NCBI RefSeq assembly: GCF_006345805.1
Contig: NW_021833070.1
Span: forward strand, 29,460-93,459
DNA: 64,000 nt
Direction of reading: 5' to 3'
Source: Octopus sinensis
Lineage: Eukaryota
Shown: one piece after another, positions 10,953-24,137 of the stretch
How the letters are laid out: each line of letters starts with the position of its first letter
Position numbering within the stretch: the first letter of the stretch is position 1
Made by a program: the position numbers and the translations under genes
Notes under the pieces: model-generated
Databases searched by the model: none
What the model saw: only the letters and a program-made list of their open reading frames with translations
What the model was told of the DNA's origin: nothing

Positions 10953-11819
10953 CGGATACAAAAAAAGAAATGTGTGTGTGTGTTTCTCTTTCTATTCACA
11001 TGGCGATAATGATAGTCTTTATGCATTATGCTAACTGATATTTAATAAATCAATCTTTTAATAATACACTCGCCAAAATCATAGACCCAGAAATAGGAGC
11101 TTCTACATGACCTTTAGGTAATTACAAATGGAAAAAATAAATCGGTAATTTTACCAAAAAAGCTAATAATAAACCAATAACTCAATATAACCTAATATCA
11201 TTAATAAATAACAATCTTCAAATTAAATATTTCAAGAAGTACATTGATTAATAGAAATTCTACATTTTGGTCTTCCGTACTAAATGCTAACGGCATTAAT
11301 CCCACGAGAAGCGCGTTTGCTACCTTCACGATTATTAAATGTGTTATCACAGTCACTGCAAAATGTAAACATTATCATAATGATGTTAGGAGCCTTCATT
11401 ACACATCAGTTAGTTTGGACAATAGATATGACTAGCTTACGTCTGATCATGCCATCCTAAATATAGCGACGCACTTCACTGGGAAACGAAGGGTAACGTT
11501 TAGTCTCCGGGTATAAATGCGACACGTACTAAAGTTTAAATATCTGCGAAAACGTAATAATTACACATGATTAAATACGATAATTCATTAACGACATTCT
11601 CCTCTCCCATAACCACCACCACCACCACCATCATTCCTCTGCGACAGTTTTACCATCATCTTCACAATTTTCTTGCCTGATGCCCCAGTTATGATGTCTG
11701 AGACCAGACTGTTCTTAAAAAAATATAATGATGAGAAAGTCATTAAATGGGTTTAATAGCCAGCTGTTTCTCTCTCACTTGCAAAAGATTTTTATAGCAT
11801 TTTAAAACATGTCATATGT

Positions 11820-11825
11820 ACACAC

Positions 11826-11866
<41 letters not shown>

Positions 11867-12598
11867 CACACACACACACACACACACACACATACGCACA
11901 CACTTGATTATACGAATACACACACAGACACATATGCACTAATTATACAAAAAATATATATTTATATATTATGTGCATTGGCTGTGTGGTAAGAAGTTTG
12001 CTTCCCAACCAAATAGTTCTTAGTTCAGTCCCGCTGCATGGCACTTTGAACAACAGTCTTCTACTATAACCTGAGGCCGACTAGAGCCTTTTGAGTAAAT
12101 TTGGTAGACGGAAACTGAAAGAAGCCCGATGTATATGTGTCTAGTGTGTGTGTGAGTGTGCGTATGTGCGTGCGTGTCAGAGTGTGTGTGTGTTCGTGAT
12201 TGTGCAGTGTGTGCGTATGTTGTGTGTGTATGTGTGTGCGTGTGTGTTGAATATTATCTGGATAAGGATCGATACGGTAATTAAAGTCGGAAAATATGTT
12301 TATATTTTCCTTGTTTTCGTATACATTCGCTGCTTTCTTCCAAGGAATCTAATGCTCTTAGCTTAGTTTTTTCCCCGGAGCTGTCCAGATTGGAGCAATC
12401 TCGAGTATAACCAGCTGAAATTGCAAAGATAATCTGGAACTCGACTGAGGAAAGAAATCTCCGAGTGACCAGTCTTTGCTTTCTTTGTATTGTCTGCCTG
12501 GATGTTTTGTTGTCCTCGTTTTTGTATCACCTGTCTGGATGTTTTGCGTTCTTGTCCCATTTTGTATTTTATATATATATATATATACATTTGTATAC

Positions 12599-12656
<58 letters not shown>

Positions 12657-13486
12657 GTATATATATGTATGTATATATGTATGTATATATATATAATATA
12701 TATATATACACACACATATATATACACACACACACACACCACACACACACACACACAACACACACACACACACACACATACGCACACACTTGATTATACG
12801 AATACACACACAGACACATATGCACTAATTATACAAAAAATATATATTTATATATTATGTGCATTGGCTGTGTGGTAAGAAGTTTGCTTCCCAACCAAAT
12901 AGTTCTTAGTTCAGTCCCGCTGCATGGCACTTTGAACAACAGTCTTCTACTATAACCTGAGGCCGACTAGAGCCTTTTGAGTAAATTTGGTAGACGGAAA
13001 CTGAAAGAAGCCCGATGTATATGTGTCTAGTGTGTGTGTGAGTGTGCGTATGTGCGTGCGTGTCAGAGTGTGTGTGTGTGTTCGTGATTGTGCAGTGTGT
13101 GCGTATGTTGTGTGTGTATGTGTGTGCGTGTGTGTTGAATATTATCTGGATAAGGATCGATACGGTAATTAAAGTCGGAAAATATGTTTATATTTTCCTT
13201 GTTTTCGTATACATTCGCTGCTTTCTTCCAAGGAATCTAATGCTCTTAGCTTAGTTTTTTCCCCGGAGCTGTCCAGATTGGAGCAATCTCGAGTATAACC
13301 AGCTGAAATTGCAAAGATAATCTGGAACTCGACTGAGGAAAGAAATCTCCGAGTGACCAGTCTTTGCTTTCTTTGTATTGTCTGCCTGGATGTTTTGTTG
13401 TCCTCGTTTTTGTATCACCTGTCTGGATGTTTTGCGTTCTTGTCCCATTTTGTATTTTATATATATATATATATACATTTGTATAC

Positions 13487-13544
<58 letters not shown>

Positions 13545-13625
13545 GTATATATATGTATGTATATATGTATGTATATATATATAATATATATATATACACA
13601 CACATATATATACACACACACACAC
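11820..13625. repeat. Near-perfect tandem duplication with an 888-bp period
   Basis: Unique markers GATAAGGATCG (12261/13149) and TTGTCCCATTTTG (12552/13440) are 888 bp apart; each unit holds a SINE-A head and microsatellites. Confidence 0.9.
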
Positions 13626-13633
13626 ACACACAG

Positions 13634-13665
<32 letters not shown>

Positions 13666-14461
13666 GTATGTACGCATGTGTGTGCGTGTGTTTATATGTA
13701 TATGTATATCATATTTTTCCAGGCTATAGATCTTCATTTGTATCTGTCATCATACACGTATTCACCATGATACATACATTTGCCCAAAATGTAGAATTTT
13801 AGAGTTCTCCAAGAAAGAAGAAAGCAAACTGATTCACATCTCCAAGTACAACTGGTTAGTGCTACGCTAGAAAATTGTAAGCTGTTCAAGGAATCCCGCA
13901 TTTGCGTTTCCTCCCAATGAACATGATTCAATCACATGTGTAGACGGTATACACGCACACACATAAACAATACAGAAACACACACACACACACACACAGA
14001 GCTGAGTATTTAATTGGCACGTACACCATTGCATAAATACGAATCTATCCACATCCGTATCTTCATAGAAGTATGCAGTAAATTCAAGGAACTGTTTTGA
14101 CTCTAACAAAAGAGACTTGTTGCTTTGTAAGTACCGGTTTGAATTCTGCCAATGAAAAAATAAATCTCCAAGAAAAACATACGTGCATACTTACATACAT
14201 GACATCATGGAAATATATGTAGTGTCTTTAGGTACCCGTTTGCCAGATTCACTGTACATTTGTTGTTATACCAAATGAATCATTTAATATGTAGGAAATA
14301 TGACGTCAGTAATTATTTAGGAAGAAACAGCGTGTGGTGAATTCATAAAAACTGTAGAATGTCGGGCTAATTTTTGTGCAGTACTTAATTACACCCTTTC
14401 ATCTGTTTTTCCTTTTTTTAATTTCTACTGTATCGATAAAAATAAGTATCAGTGGTATTTG

Positions 14462-14871
14462 CTCTCTCTCTTTTACTCTTTTACTTGCTTCAGTCATTTG
14501 ACTGCGGCCATGCTGGAGCACCGCCTTTAGTCGAGCAAATCGACCCCGGGACTTATTCCTTGTAAGCCTAGTACTTATTCTATCGGTCTCTTTTGCCGAA
14601 CCGCTAAGTGACGGGGACGTAAGCACACCAGCATCGGTTGTCAAGCAATGCTAGGGGGACAAACACACACACACACACATACACACACATATATATATAT
14701 ATACATATATACGACAGGCTTCTTTCAGTTTCCGTCTACCAAATCCACTCACAAGGCATTGGTCGGCCCGGGGCTATAGCAGAAGACACTTGCCCAAGAT
14801 GCCACGCAGTAGGACTGAACCCGGAACCATGTGGCTGGTTAGCAAGCTACTTACCACACAGCCACTCCTAC
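14462..14871 (-). mobile_element. Full-length SINE family A
   Basis: Reverse complement of the 7996-8420 consensus from tail to head. Confidence 0.9.
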
Positions 14872-15319
14872 TTGTACGTATTTTAAATTAAGAGTAAAAT
14901 CAATCAAAATCCCAGAAGTAATTAATAACCAGCGCCAAATTATCTGCCTGAAGTACAACTTCCAATGCCAAAAACTGAGAAGACCCCCAACTGCGGCATC
15001 TGCATTAATTTTATTGAAGGCGCAATTAATAAATTTAAATTGCAATAGTTTTCCCAGTAATTAATAACTTCACTTGTATTAATAAAGAAATGAACGTAAG
15101 AAGGATTAAACAAGAGTGACTGTACACTGACCGCAAATTCCATTACACAACTTACACTTGAAAATGGTCATTTGGGTCATGGGCAAGAAATAGATTCCTT
15201 TAGTATCATGTTTTCTTTTTCCACATAACCAATCCGTTAATATTGATTAAAGAACAAATGTGGAGAAATAGAAAAAATGCAAAAATTCGCTATCTGCACT
15301 GTATACAGTGAGGACAGAC

Positions 15320-15320
<1 letters not shown>

Positions 15321-15416
<96 letters not shown>

Positions 15417-15420
15417 GATG

Positions 15421-15464
<44 letters not shown>

Positions 15465-15465
15465 T

Positions 15466-15504
<39 letters not shown>
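15321..15504. repeat. (GATA)n microsatellite
   Basis: Visible in the sequence; similar tracts at about 26348-26420 and 40810-40915. Confidence 0.95.
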
Positions 15505-15505
<1 letters not shown>

Positions 15506-16189
15506 ATGCAGCACTGTAGCCTGTAGGTATTTTTTAAAAGAAATATACGGTGGAAGAGGTGTATGTCTATGCAGTACATATACACATGTTAATAAAGTTT
15601 CTTAGCAATTTTATTCTCATCCTTGTCCAATAAATGTTTTACAATTATTTAGAAACTCTTTCATTAATACTTCGAGCATTACAGTAAGCACAATATTTCG
15701 CTGATAAGATCAGAATATAACCAAAGCATATCGAAGGTTGTAACTCACACTTGCAGCAAAAATGAAAATGGCAAAAGTTATTTGACCAACATTAGTGTAT
15801 TCTATTTCGTTTTTCTTCTTTTATTTCTTGTCGTATGTTTATTTCCAGCTTGTTTTGTAATCTTCTATACATTAAATGTGTATTAAATATGATAACACTG
15901 GGGTAACAATTGTTTATAAAATAATAAGCTGTATAAAACAAACCGATATTGACGGAAATATGCTTTCGTGATTATCCAAGAAATGTATTGATCAAAACAA
16001 TTGATTTGCCGGATGGAGCAAAAGTTTGGAGTAATTATGGGCAAGCAAAAATTTTGGCTAAAAATAGCTCAATGCCAGCCAAATGTTATCAGGAAAGTTT
16101 TCACATTTTTTATGTATCTTTTACTATTGAAAGCACACACACACACACACAAACACACACAAACACGCACACACACACACACACACGTC

Positions 16190-16345
16190 TGTGTGAAGGC
16201 GCGTGGCCTAGAGGCTAGGGTGCTGCGCTCACGACCGTTGGATTGTGGATCCCACTCCTGGACTGGACGGCGCTGTGTGTTCTTGAACAAAACATTTCAT
16301 TTCGCGCTGCTTCATTCCACTCAACTGTAAATGGGAAACCCTGCG
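16190..16345 (+). mobile_element. Diverged tRNA-derived SINE, family D
   Basis: Head GGCGCGTGGCCTAGAGGCTAGGG followed by GTGTTCTTGAACAAAACA...CCACTCAACTGTAAATGGG, resembling a conserved SINE central domain. Confidence 0.55.
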
Positions 16346-16486
16346 ATGGAATAGCCCAGCGATCAGGTAGAACGCTCGAAAGCTAAAAGAATGCGAAGCG
16401 CATTGTATTCAGCGATGCATGACGACATCCGATAGCTTGGTCAATACCGATATACAAACTCACACACACACACACACACACACATA

Positions 16487-16856
16487 TCTATTATATAAAA
16501 TCCGTTCTGTCTGTCTGTATGTGTGTGTCTTCTAGGATCTCGAGCATCCGCCATCCGATTGCGCATAAATTTGATATGTAGAAACCGACGGTATCAGGGC
16601 GTGTATACGTCTTGAAAAAATTACAAAAATCGATTCCAGGTGAGAATGCGATCGATAAAGCCGTAGGTACGTGCATTTGTAAAATCGTTGTTCTTGAAAT
16701 AGAAAAAAGTTTATATTTATTTCTTCTTTTGCTAGTGTCACAAATTTAGTTTAAATCAGTGTTTCTCAAAGGGGAGGCCTATTGGAGGTTGTTTTGAGAA
16801 AATTTGGTTTAAATGTTTAACCACTGAGAACCGCCCATTGGACGGGGGGGTTGCTC

Positions 16857-16857
<1 letters not shown>
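16487..16857 (+). mobile_element. Helitron-like non-autonomous element, family H3
   Basis: 5' TCTATTATATAAAATCCG; 3' hairpin CCGCCC..GGACGG followed by CTCG-T; second copy at 44390-44920. Confidence 0.5.
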
Positions 16858-16911
<54 letters not shown>

Positions 16912-16914
<3 letters not shown>

Positions 16915-17297
16915 ACATTTATGGATGGCCATGTTGCCAGTGTAGCCAATAAAAACACACGCATCATATATTTAGTGTTAATTTGCTTCAGCTTTATTTT
17001 ATTTTTTTACATGAATCGTATATACAAAATACAAAATGACTGATTGGTAGTAAGGAAAGACATACAAATAAGAAAGGAGAAAGCAAAGGACCACTGATGA
17101 GGTCACAGAAGTGTGACGAAAGAAATCCGGTCGAAATACGATTAATGTACAAAAATAAAAAATAAAATAAAACTGAAGCAAGTGAACACCAAATATATAG
17201 TGCGTGTATTTTTATTGACTAAACTGGCAACATGACCATCCCTAAATACAACAATATCTGTTTCAACACACGATTTCACATCAAGAATCTTGCAAAA
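16912..17297 (+). mobile_element. TA-flanked inverted-arm element with a degenerate hammerhead
   Basis: Arms 16912-17012 and 17145-17252; CTGATGA (17094) G-GTCAC/GTGAC GAAA-GAAATCCGGTC (ends 17132); shared tail at 17262-17297. Confidence 0.6.
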
Positions 17298-17308
17298 CGA
17301 ATATATAA

Positions 17309-17363
<55 letters not shown>

Positions 17364-17732
17364 GAAACTAAAAACTACCTTTTATCAATTCCATAATGAA
17401 AAAAATTATATTATACCATTTAGAAAAATTACATCTTATAGAAAGATTAAATATACGATAAAACATATACCAATGATTAAGTAATGTACAAAATAATAAA
17501 TAAAACGTATATATTTGGTAGAATAACTACACATGTTTCGAGGTTATATTTAAGAAATAATAATAGTAAAATCACTTCAATATAAATATAGACACTCTTC
17601 AAGTTAGAGATAAAAACAGTAAAATAATTAATTAGATAAATTAATAAATATACGTATATAATCTTTTAAAATACGAAATATCTTAACAAATATATTCTTG
17701 TTTAAATAAAACATAGAATAAAAAATAAGATA

Positions 17733-18064
17733 CACCGCCTTTAGTCGAGAAAATCGACTCCAGGACTTATTCTTTGTAAGCCTAGTACTTATTCTATCTG
17801 TCTCTTTTGCCGAACCGCTAAGTTACGGGGACGTAAACACACCAGCATCGGTTGTCAAGCGATGTTGGGGGGGGGGACAAACACAGACACACAAACACAC
17901 ACACACATATATACATATACATATATACGACGGGTTTCTTTCAGTTTCCGTCTAGCAAATCCACTCACAAGGCGTTGGTCGGCCCGAGGCTATAGAAGAA
18001 GACACTTGCCCAAGGTGCCACGCAGTGGGACTGAACCCGGAACCATGTGGTTGGTAAGCAAGCT
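17733..18064 (-). mobile_element. SINE family A, partial
   Basis: Consensus match in reverse orientation; the tail end is missing. Confidence 0.85.
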
Positions 18065-18108
18065 CACAGCTATTCATATATATCTATATATATATATATA
18101 TATTATAT

Positions 18109-18141
<33 letters not shown>

Positions 18142-18579
18142 TATTGTTTTTATTATTATTACTATTATTATTGAGGAAATTGAGGGCAACGCAGTAACGT
18201 AGTAATCTTAAAAGAAATATGGGTTTGAGATGGGGGTATGTGTGTATGTTGTTATTTGGTTCCAGGTCATATATTATTAAAAAGACCTAGAATCAAAAAT
18301 GTTTCAATTTGGACCATCCAATGCTTCTTTAAATCCATTGCATTTTCCAGTAGTTCCTTCAGTTTTGAAGATGGTAAGGAAATTCGGCAGATATTAATTG
18401 CTGATGGATAGGCTATGTGCACGCTTTATCGTGTAGTCCAAGACACCTGCTCTCCAAAAGATAGCCGTTTAACATACCACATGGTACCTATTTAAAGCCA
18501 TCTGGCCTGAGCCAACAAAAGTCTAGTGTCACACTCGCAAATTTTGCTCATTGCTGATAATAAAGTAAAACTGTCAATA

Positions 18580-19115
18580 GTCGACCAACTTCCCAGTTTT
18601 CGACCAACTTTCCCAGAAGTTAGAAAACCCTCGTAACTTCCCAGGAAGTTTTCGAAGAAATTTCCGGAAGTTAGAAAACCCTCGGAACTTCCCACGAAAA
18701 TTTCGACGAATTTTCCCAGAAGTTAGATAATCATCGAAACATCCCTTGAAGTTTTCGACGAAACTTCCGTACGTTAGACAATCCTCGGAACTTCCCAGGA
18801 AATTTTCGACCAAACTTCCCAGAAGTTAGAAAATCCTCGGAACTTCCCAGGAAAATTTCGACCAAACTTCCCGGAAGTTAGATATCCTCGGAACTTCCCA
18901 TGAAGTTTTCGCCGAAACTTCCCTGACTTTAGAAAATCCTCGGAACTTCCCATGAAGTTTTCGACGAAATCTCCCAAAAGTTAGAAAATCCTCAGAACTT
19001 CCCATGAAGTTTTCGACGAAACTTCCCGGACTTTAGAAAATCCTCGGAACTTCCCGGGAAGTTTTCCACGTAAGTTCCCTGAAGGTAGAAAATCCTCGGA
19101 ACTTCCCAGGTAGTT
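18580..19115. repeat. Minisatellite, ~52-bp unit, about 10 copies
   Basis: GTTAGA recurs at 18619, 18670, 18722, 18773, 18825, 18877...; each unit contains AACTTC-N-GAAGTT dyads. Confidence 0.9.
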
Positions 19116-19498
19116 TTCGGCTCCTCGACATCACAAGAAATCAGTTAACTGCTGATGTGTGTTTGTAGCCTGCTAACATATTTTAACAAAGAGTTCTTAA
19201 TTCCTTTCACTCCAACTAAATTTACAACACACACATCCACACACATATGAACATATGTATGAATATATATACACATAGACTCTCATACATACATGCATAC
19301 ATACATACGCACACGAATGTATCTTCAAAGATATGCTCCTTTTTGAAACTGACTGATGAAGCATGTCACAAGACCAGTTTACTTGAGCATCAACCATCGC
19401 AGCTCTAAATAATTGTTTTCATGTTATTTGTTTTGTGTAATTTTTCTAAGTTATCCCACTCGCTTCCATATTTTCAGTATTTCCAGTCAATTTCTTTA

Positions 19499-20250
19499 TT
19501 GCTTTCTCCTTTTTATATTCTCTATTAAACAGGTTCTTTCACCCGCAACATACTTGCTATAGACTTCCATCTTTTACGGAACACACTTTGCGACAGGCAT
19601 TTCTTCTCCAGGCTTAGAAAACGAGGGGACGATATGAGGACAAACAAAACAAACTTTGGGGTCAGGGTATCGAATGAGACGAAACGTATGAATAAACAAA
19701 CAATTGAAATACATACAATTAAATGAGAATGAATGATTTTTAAAAAATGAAGCGGAGGACGCGGTTGACCCCACAAACCACATACTCACACTGAAGACTT
19801 TGCTTTCTCCTTTTTATATTCTCGTTTAAACAGGTTCTTTCACTCGCAACATACTTACTATAGAATTCCATCTTTTACGAACCACACTTTGCGACAGGCA
19901 TTTCTTCTCCAGCCTTATTTTCCATTTCATGTGGAAAACGAAAAAGTCGATTAGCTCGAGACTGGAGATGAACATGCCTGTTGCAATTCCTTTCACTCTC
20001 GTCTTCCATACTACCTCTTTAGCAACAGCAACTACCGAGAGAAAACAGGCTCACTCCTCCCTATTCAGGGAGGTCGGCGAAACGATCTTAATTCGCTCGA
20101 CAGTTGTACTCTTCTCGAATGCGACAACAGGTGTTCGACATAAGCCCAGAGCTCAGTCACCTTGAGGCATTGCACAATCGCGTGCAGGACAGTTTCACTG
20201 GAGGCATTCCTTCTTCCACCCGTTCGCTCTGTCACGTAGGGGCAACTCGG
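19499..20250 (-). pseudogene. L1/Tx1-like ORF2 C-terminal fragment with a duplicated 3' end
   Basis: Minus frames read SCPY...ETVLHAIVQCLKVTELWAYVEHLL (zf-RVT-like knuckle) then VAKEVVWKTR...FHMKWKIRLEKKCL...RKRW...KEPV*; the last ~115 bp recur 300 bp away (19499-19615 vs 19799-19915). Confidence 0.6.
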
Positions 20251-21164
20251 GTCATTCTCCCCGTATTCAACAACTTTTCAATAGATTTATAGCGAAACAG
20301 TACTTCCTTTCGAACTTCAGCTTCCTTTTCTAATGAAACTTCTAAAAGAAAGGCGATGAGACTTAATGGAAGGGGAAAGTGTCTGTCCAGGACTACAATT
20401 CTGTCAAAGAAATTAACTAGAAATAGAGAATCTGACAAACAGCGGCCACACCTGCTCACTGTCAAGGAAACAGTGGAGCCTCTGCACATGTCTGGTCACC
20501 ATTAGCCACGGCAATGCACAGCCCTCCTTGATGTGAATGTTGATAGTACAGACCGGCTGATCAGCAGAACCCATCCCTTCCACGGAAAGTGGAAGAGCAA
20601 GCGGTCAAGCCTGGTCAGTGTTTCCTCGACAGCGAGCAAGTGTGGTCGCTGTGTGTCAGGTTCACTGTTTCTAGTTCATCTCTTGAGAGAATTGCAGTCC
20701 TGGACATACACTTTCATCTTCGATTAAGTCTCATCGACCTTTTTGATGTGGTTGTTGCTGTCCGTGGTGTTATTAGTGAATATTCAGCTTGTGTTATTGC
20801 TTTTGTCACTATTATCATTGCTGTTGTAGCTACTCTTAGTCTTGTTGTTTCTGTTGCTACTGCTGTTGTTGTTGTTATTTGTTGTTAAGCAACAAGACGG
20901 GTAAGGGTGATTAGGTGATGGTCTAGGGCTTAGGGGCGGGAGACTCTAGACCTTGGAGAAAAAAAAACTTTGGTCGTCTTGTTGTAGTCGAGGGGTCTTC
21001 GGTGACGCCCGACACCACTGGGAGGTGGCCCTCGAAGTCGCTAGAAATGGAGACCTCCAGGTCCAAATTCTTGAACGGCTGCTGTTGTTGTTGCTTCTTA
21101 TGCTGCTGCTGTCAGTGCTACTTTTGTTTCTGCCATTACAGTGGTTGTTGTTGCTGCTGCTGCT

Positions 21165-21255
21165 CTTCTTCTTCTTCTTCTTCTTCTTCTTCTTCTTCTT
21201 CTTCTTCTTCTTCTTCTTCTTCTTCTTCTTCTTCTTCTTCTTCTTCTTCTTCTTC
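21165..21255. repeat. (TTC)n microsatellite
   Basis: Visible in the sequence; source of the poly-K/F/S ORFs. Confidence 0.95.
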
Positions 21256-21539
21256 CAATCAGGACTCACGCCATTAGCCACAAAGAATAATCCCTAATTC
21301 GAGCTTACTCTAAGCTACTAAGAATGCGTGGGGCAACTTGAAAATCCATCCAACCACACGCAATAGACTGGTGGTTGCACGGGCGCGAAAGCTACGTTGT
21401 TATCCTCATTCCGTAAACGGTGGCTTTTAACGGGTGGAGAGCTGAACCATCCTGGGGTACAGAGGATTCGCAATAAAGACTAGGGTCTGAAAGTTTACCA
21501 CACTATTGTGGGTTACACCATGGTTCTTCTACTTTGTGG

Positions 21540-21733
21540 CAGAAGTAGGAAGAAAGAGTGAGAGAAAGTTATGAGGAAAGAGTACAGCGGAGTTCACCAT
21601 TCCTCCCCGCCGGAGCCTCGTGGAGCTTAGGTGTTTTTGCTCAATAAACACTCACAATGACCGGTCTGGGAATCGAAACCGCATTCTTATGACTGCGAGT
21701 CCGCTGCCCTAACGACTGGGCCATTGCGCCGCC
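21540..21733 (-). mobile_element. SINE family C, 5' half
   Basis: Reverse complement of the head and body of 29811-30199. Confidence 0.8.
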
Positions 21734-22444
21734 ACTGCTGCCGCTGAGCTATCGCTGCAATTGCCGCCGCTACTGTTGCTATCTTTAGTACCTTTGGCAC
21801 CTCTGCTGTTGCCATTGTTACCTAACTATCAGTGCTATTGTTTCTGGTACTACTACTTCTGTAAATATTGTTGTTATTGATGTTGGGGTCATCACTGCTA
21901 TCACTGTTTACCGTTATGATGATGCTGCAATTAACTGAACTTAGAACTTTCACGATGAAAACTCCTCCTCCCCTTCCATGAGCCGAATGCTGTCTTCGAT
22001 ACCATTGCTGCTTTTGCTAATGCTACTGTTGTTGTTGTTATTGCCGCTGTACCATTGGCACCATCATCTGAGCTTTGAAATTTTAACGCCTGAAAGTCGT
22101 CCTACTCCTTTCCATGTGCTGCACCTGTCTTTGCGAATGACTTCTAGCATCTCGCTCTGGTTTACTAACCGTGGAAATCAACACCATATCTGTAAAATGC
22201 ACTTTTATCAAAACAAGATTTGATTATTTTTCTAAAAGAAGTTTTTGAGTCCCAAAGGGATGGGAAGTAAAAAGCAGTCAAGCAACCCTACGTGTTCTGG
22301 TTGACTTAACGAATGTTCTATAAGAAAACTTTCCTCAATTAACTTTTGAACGTAAATAACTGAAGCAAATTTAAGAGTAACTTGAGGCTAATATATTACT
22401 GACACCTCAACGACGACGACAACAACAGCAGCAGCAGCAGCAAT

Positions 22445-22472
22445 AACAATAATCATAATAATAATAATAATA

Positions 22473-22559
<87 letters not shown>

Positions 22560-22560
22560 T

Positions 22561-22606
<46 letters not shown>

Positions 22607-22608
22607 TG

Positions 22609-22643
<35 letters not shown>

Positions 22644-22731
22644 TACAATAATAATAATAATAATAACAATAATGATAATAATGATAATAATAATAATGAT
22701 AATAATAATAATAATAATAATAATAATATTG

Positions 22732-22778
<47 letters not shown>

Positions 22779-22805
22779 TATAATTATTATTACTATTATT
22801 ACTAA
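22445..22805. repeat. Long (AAT)n microsatellite
   Basis: Visible in the sequence; further tracts at 23555-23716, 24310-24398, 24765-24882, 26150-26265 and 49215-49400. Confidence 0.95.
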
Positions 22806-22809
22806 TAAT

Positions 22810-23554
22810 AGTAGCCCAACATGTCGTGTATGCCGACAACAAAATGAAACCATTGATCATGTTGTCTCCAAATGCAGTCATCTAGCGCCTACAGAGTACC
22901 TCAACCGGCATGATAGAGCTGCACAATATATTCACTGGGTAATTTGCAAAAACCTGGATTTGCCCCATGAAAAAAACTGGTGGGAACACAATCCACCTCC
23001 TCTGGAACTTCACCATTCAAACTGACAGGAAGATAGATGTAAATAGGCCAGACATCATATTGAAAGACTTCAGACAAAGAACGTGCCTCCTCATTGATAT
23101 GACTGTCCCAATCGATATAAACGTATCTGTCAAGACCTACCAAAAACTGAGCAAATATAAAGATCTTGAAATAGAAATCAGTAAAATGTGGAAGCTGAAG
23201 ACTAAAACAATACCTGTTGTCATAGGTGCCCTGGGAATGATAGCGAAAGGGACTGATTGCTACCTAACTCAGATACCAGGAAACCCCAAAATGGCAGAAA
23301 TTCAAAAGATAGTGCTCATGGGAACTGCTCATATCCTACGCAAAATACTTTCTATGTAATCCCAAGGTTTAAAACAAACTTTTTTTTATTTAATTATTTT
23401 TTTTTTTTTTTTTATGTATTAGACATTCACTAGTACAACACCAAAAAAAAAAAAACAAATATATGGCACAGAACTTCCAACCTGTTGTCTCTTGAGGTCT
23501 CTGGGTGAGACTTGGAGCCAACTTGTACAGACATAAAGCAAAAGTCAAACATAG
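22810..23554 (+). mobile_element. 5'-truncated R4/Dong-like non-LTR retrotransposon (CCHC knuckle plus restriction-like endonuclease)
   Basis: CRVCRQQNETIDHVVSKC...RHD, then RPDIILKD...LLIDMTVP...KLSKYKDL...PVVIGALG (PD..D..K RLE motifs); one frameshifting deletion near 23000; stop at 23359; 3' UTR ends AAAGTCAAACATAG into (TAA)n. Confidence 0.85.
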
Positions 23555-23654
23555 ATTAATAATAATAATAATAATGATAATAATAATAATAATAATCACA
23601 ATAATAATAATAATAATAATGGTAATAATAATAATAATGATAATGATAATAATG

Positions 23655-23716
<62 letters not shown>

Positions 23717-23717
<1 letters not shown>

Positions 23718-24115
23718 TTGTTTTGTCTTGGTATAAAAGATGGGCTACAGCAAATATTCTGCTCAATACCACAGATTTGCTTGTCAGTTGTTTAACCGTA
23801 ACCAGTTGAGCATGTCCCTTAGTGGCTGACGATATGTGCATCTCTGATCACGAGCAGAAGTAGTGGGGGAGCATCATAGCCATGTGTTGAGAGGGATTCT
23901 TTGGGGTTTGAATAGTTCACCTCTGGAAACATGGGTGGTTCTTTCAATATCCTTAAACAACCCTTATTCAGGGACCGTTTGAGCGGGATGGGCTACTCAA
24001 CCCGAAGAAAATTCTAACTGGGCCCCACCTGCAAGGGTAGTCATGATGGGTATATTGGGCTTCGTATATTTTACCCCAGTGTCACTTTGATGGCATGAAC
24101 TGCTCTCTCACTCAA
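23717..24115 (+). mobile_element. Probable non-autonomous repeat flanked by (AAT)n
   Basis: 400-bp non-coding block bounded on both sides by (AAT)n inside the retroelement cluster; the family is not identified. Confidence 0.4.
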
Positions 24116-24137
24116 TGATAATAATAATAATATTAAT

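Noticed and set aside
12439-12466. ACTCG-A-CTGAGGA-AA-GAAA...CGAGT (also 13327-13354)
   Set aside because: No stem II, and stems I and III are out of register.
15701-15746. CTGATAA...GAAG-GTTGTAAC-TC
   Set aside because: Two core mismatches and no stem I.
18492-18977. Repeat-protein exon (ENFLGSSEDFLTSG...)
   Set aside because: The ~52-bp period breaks the frame, and no splice context was seen.
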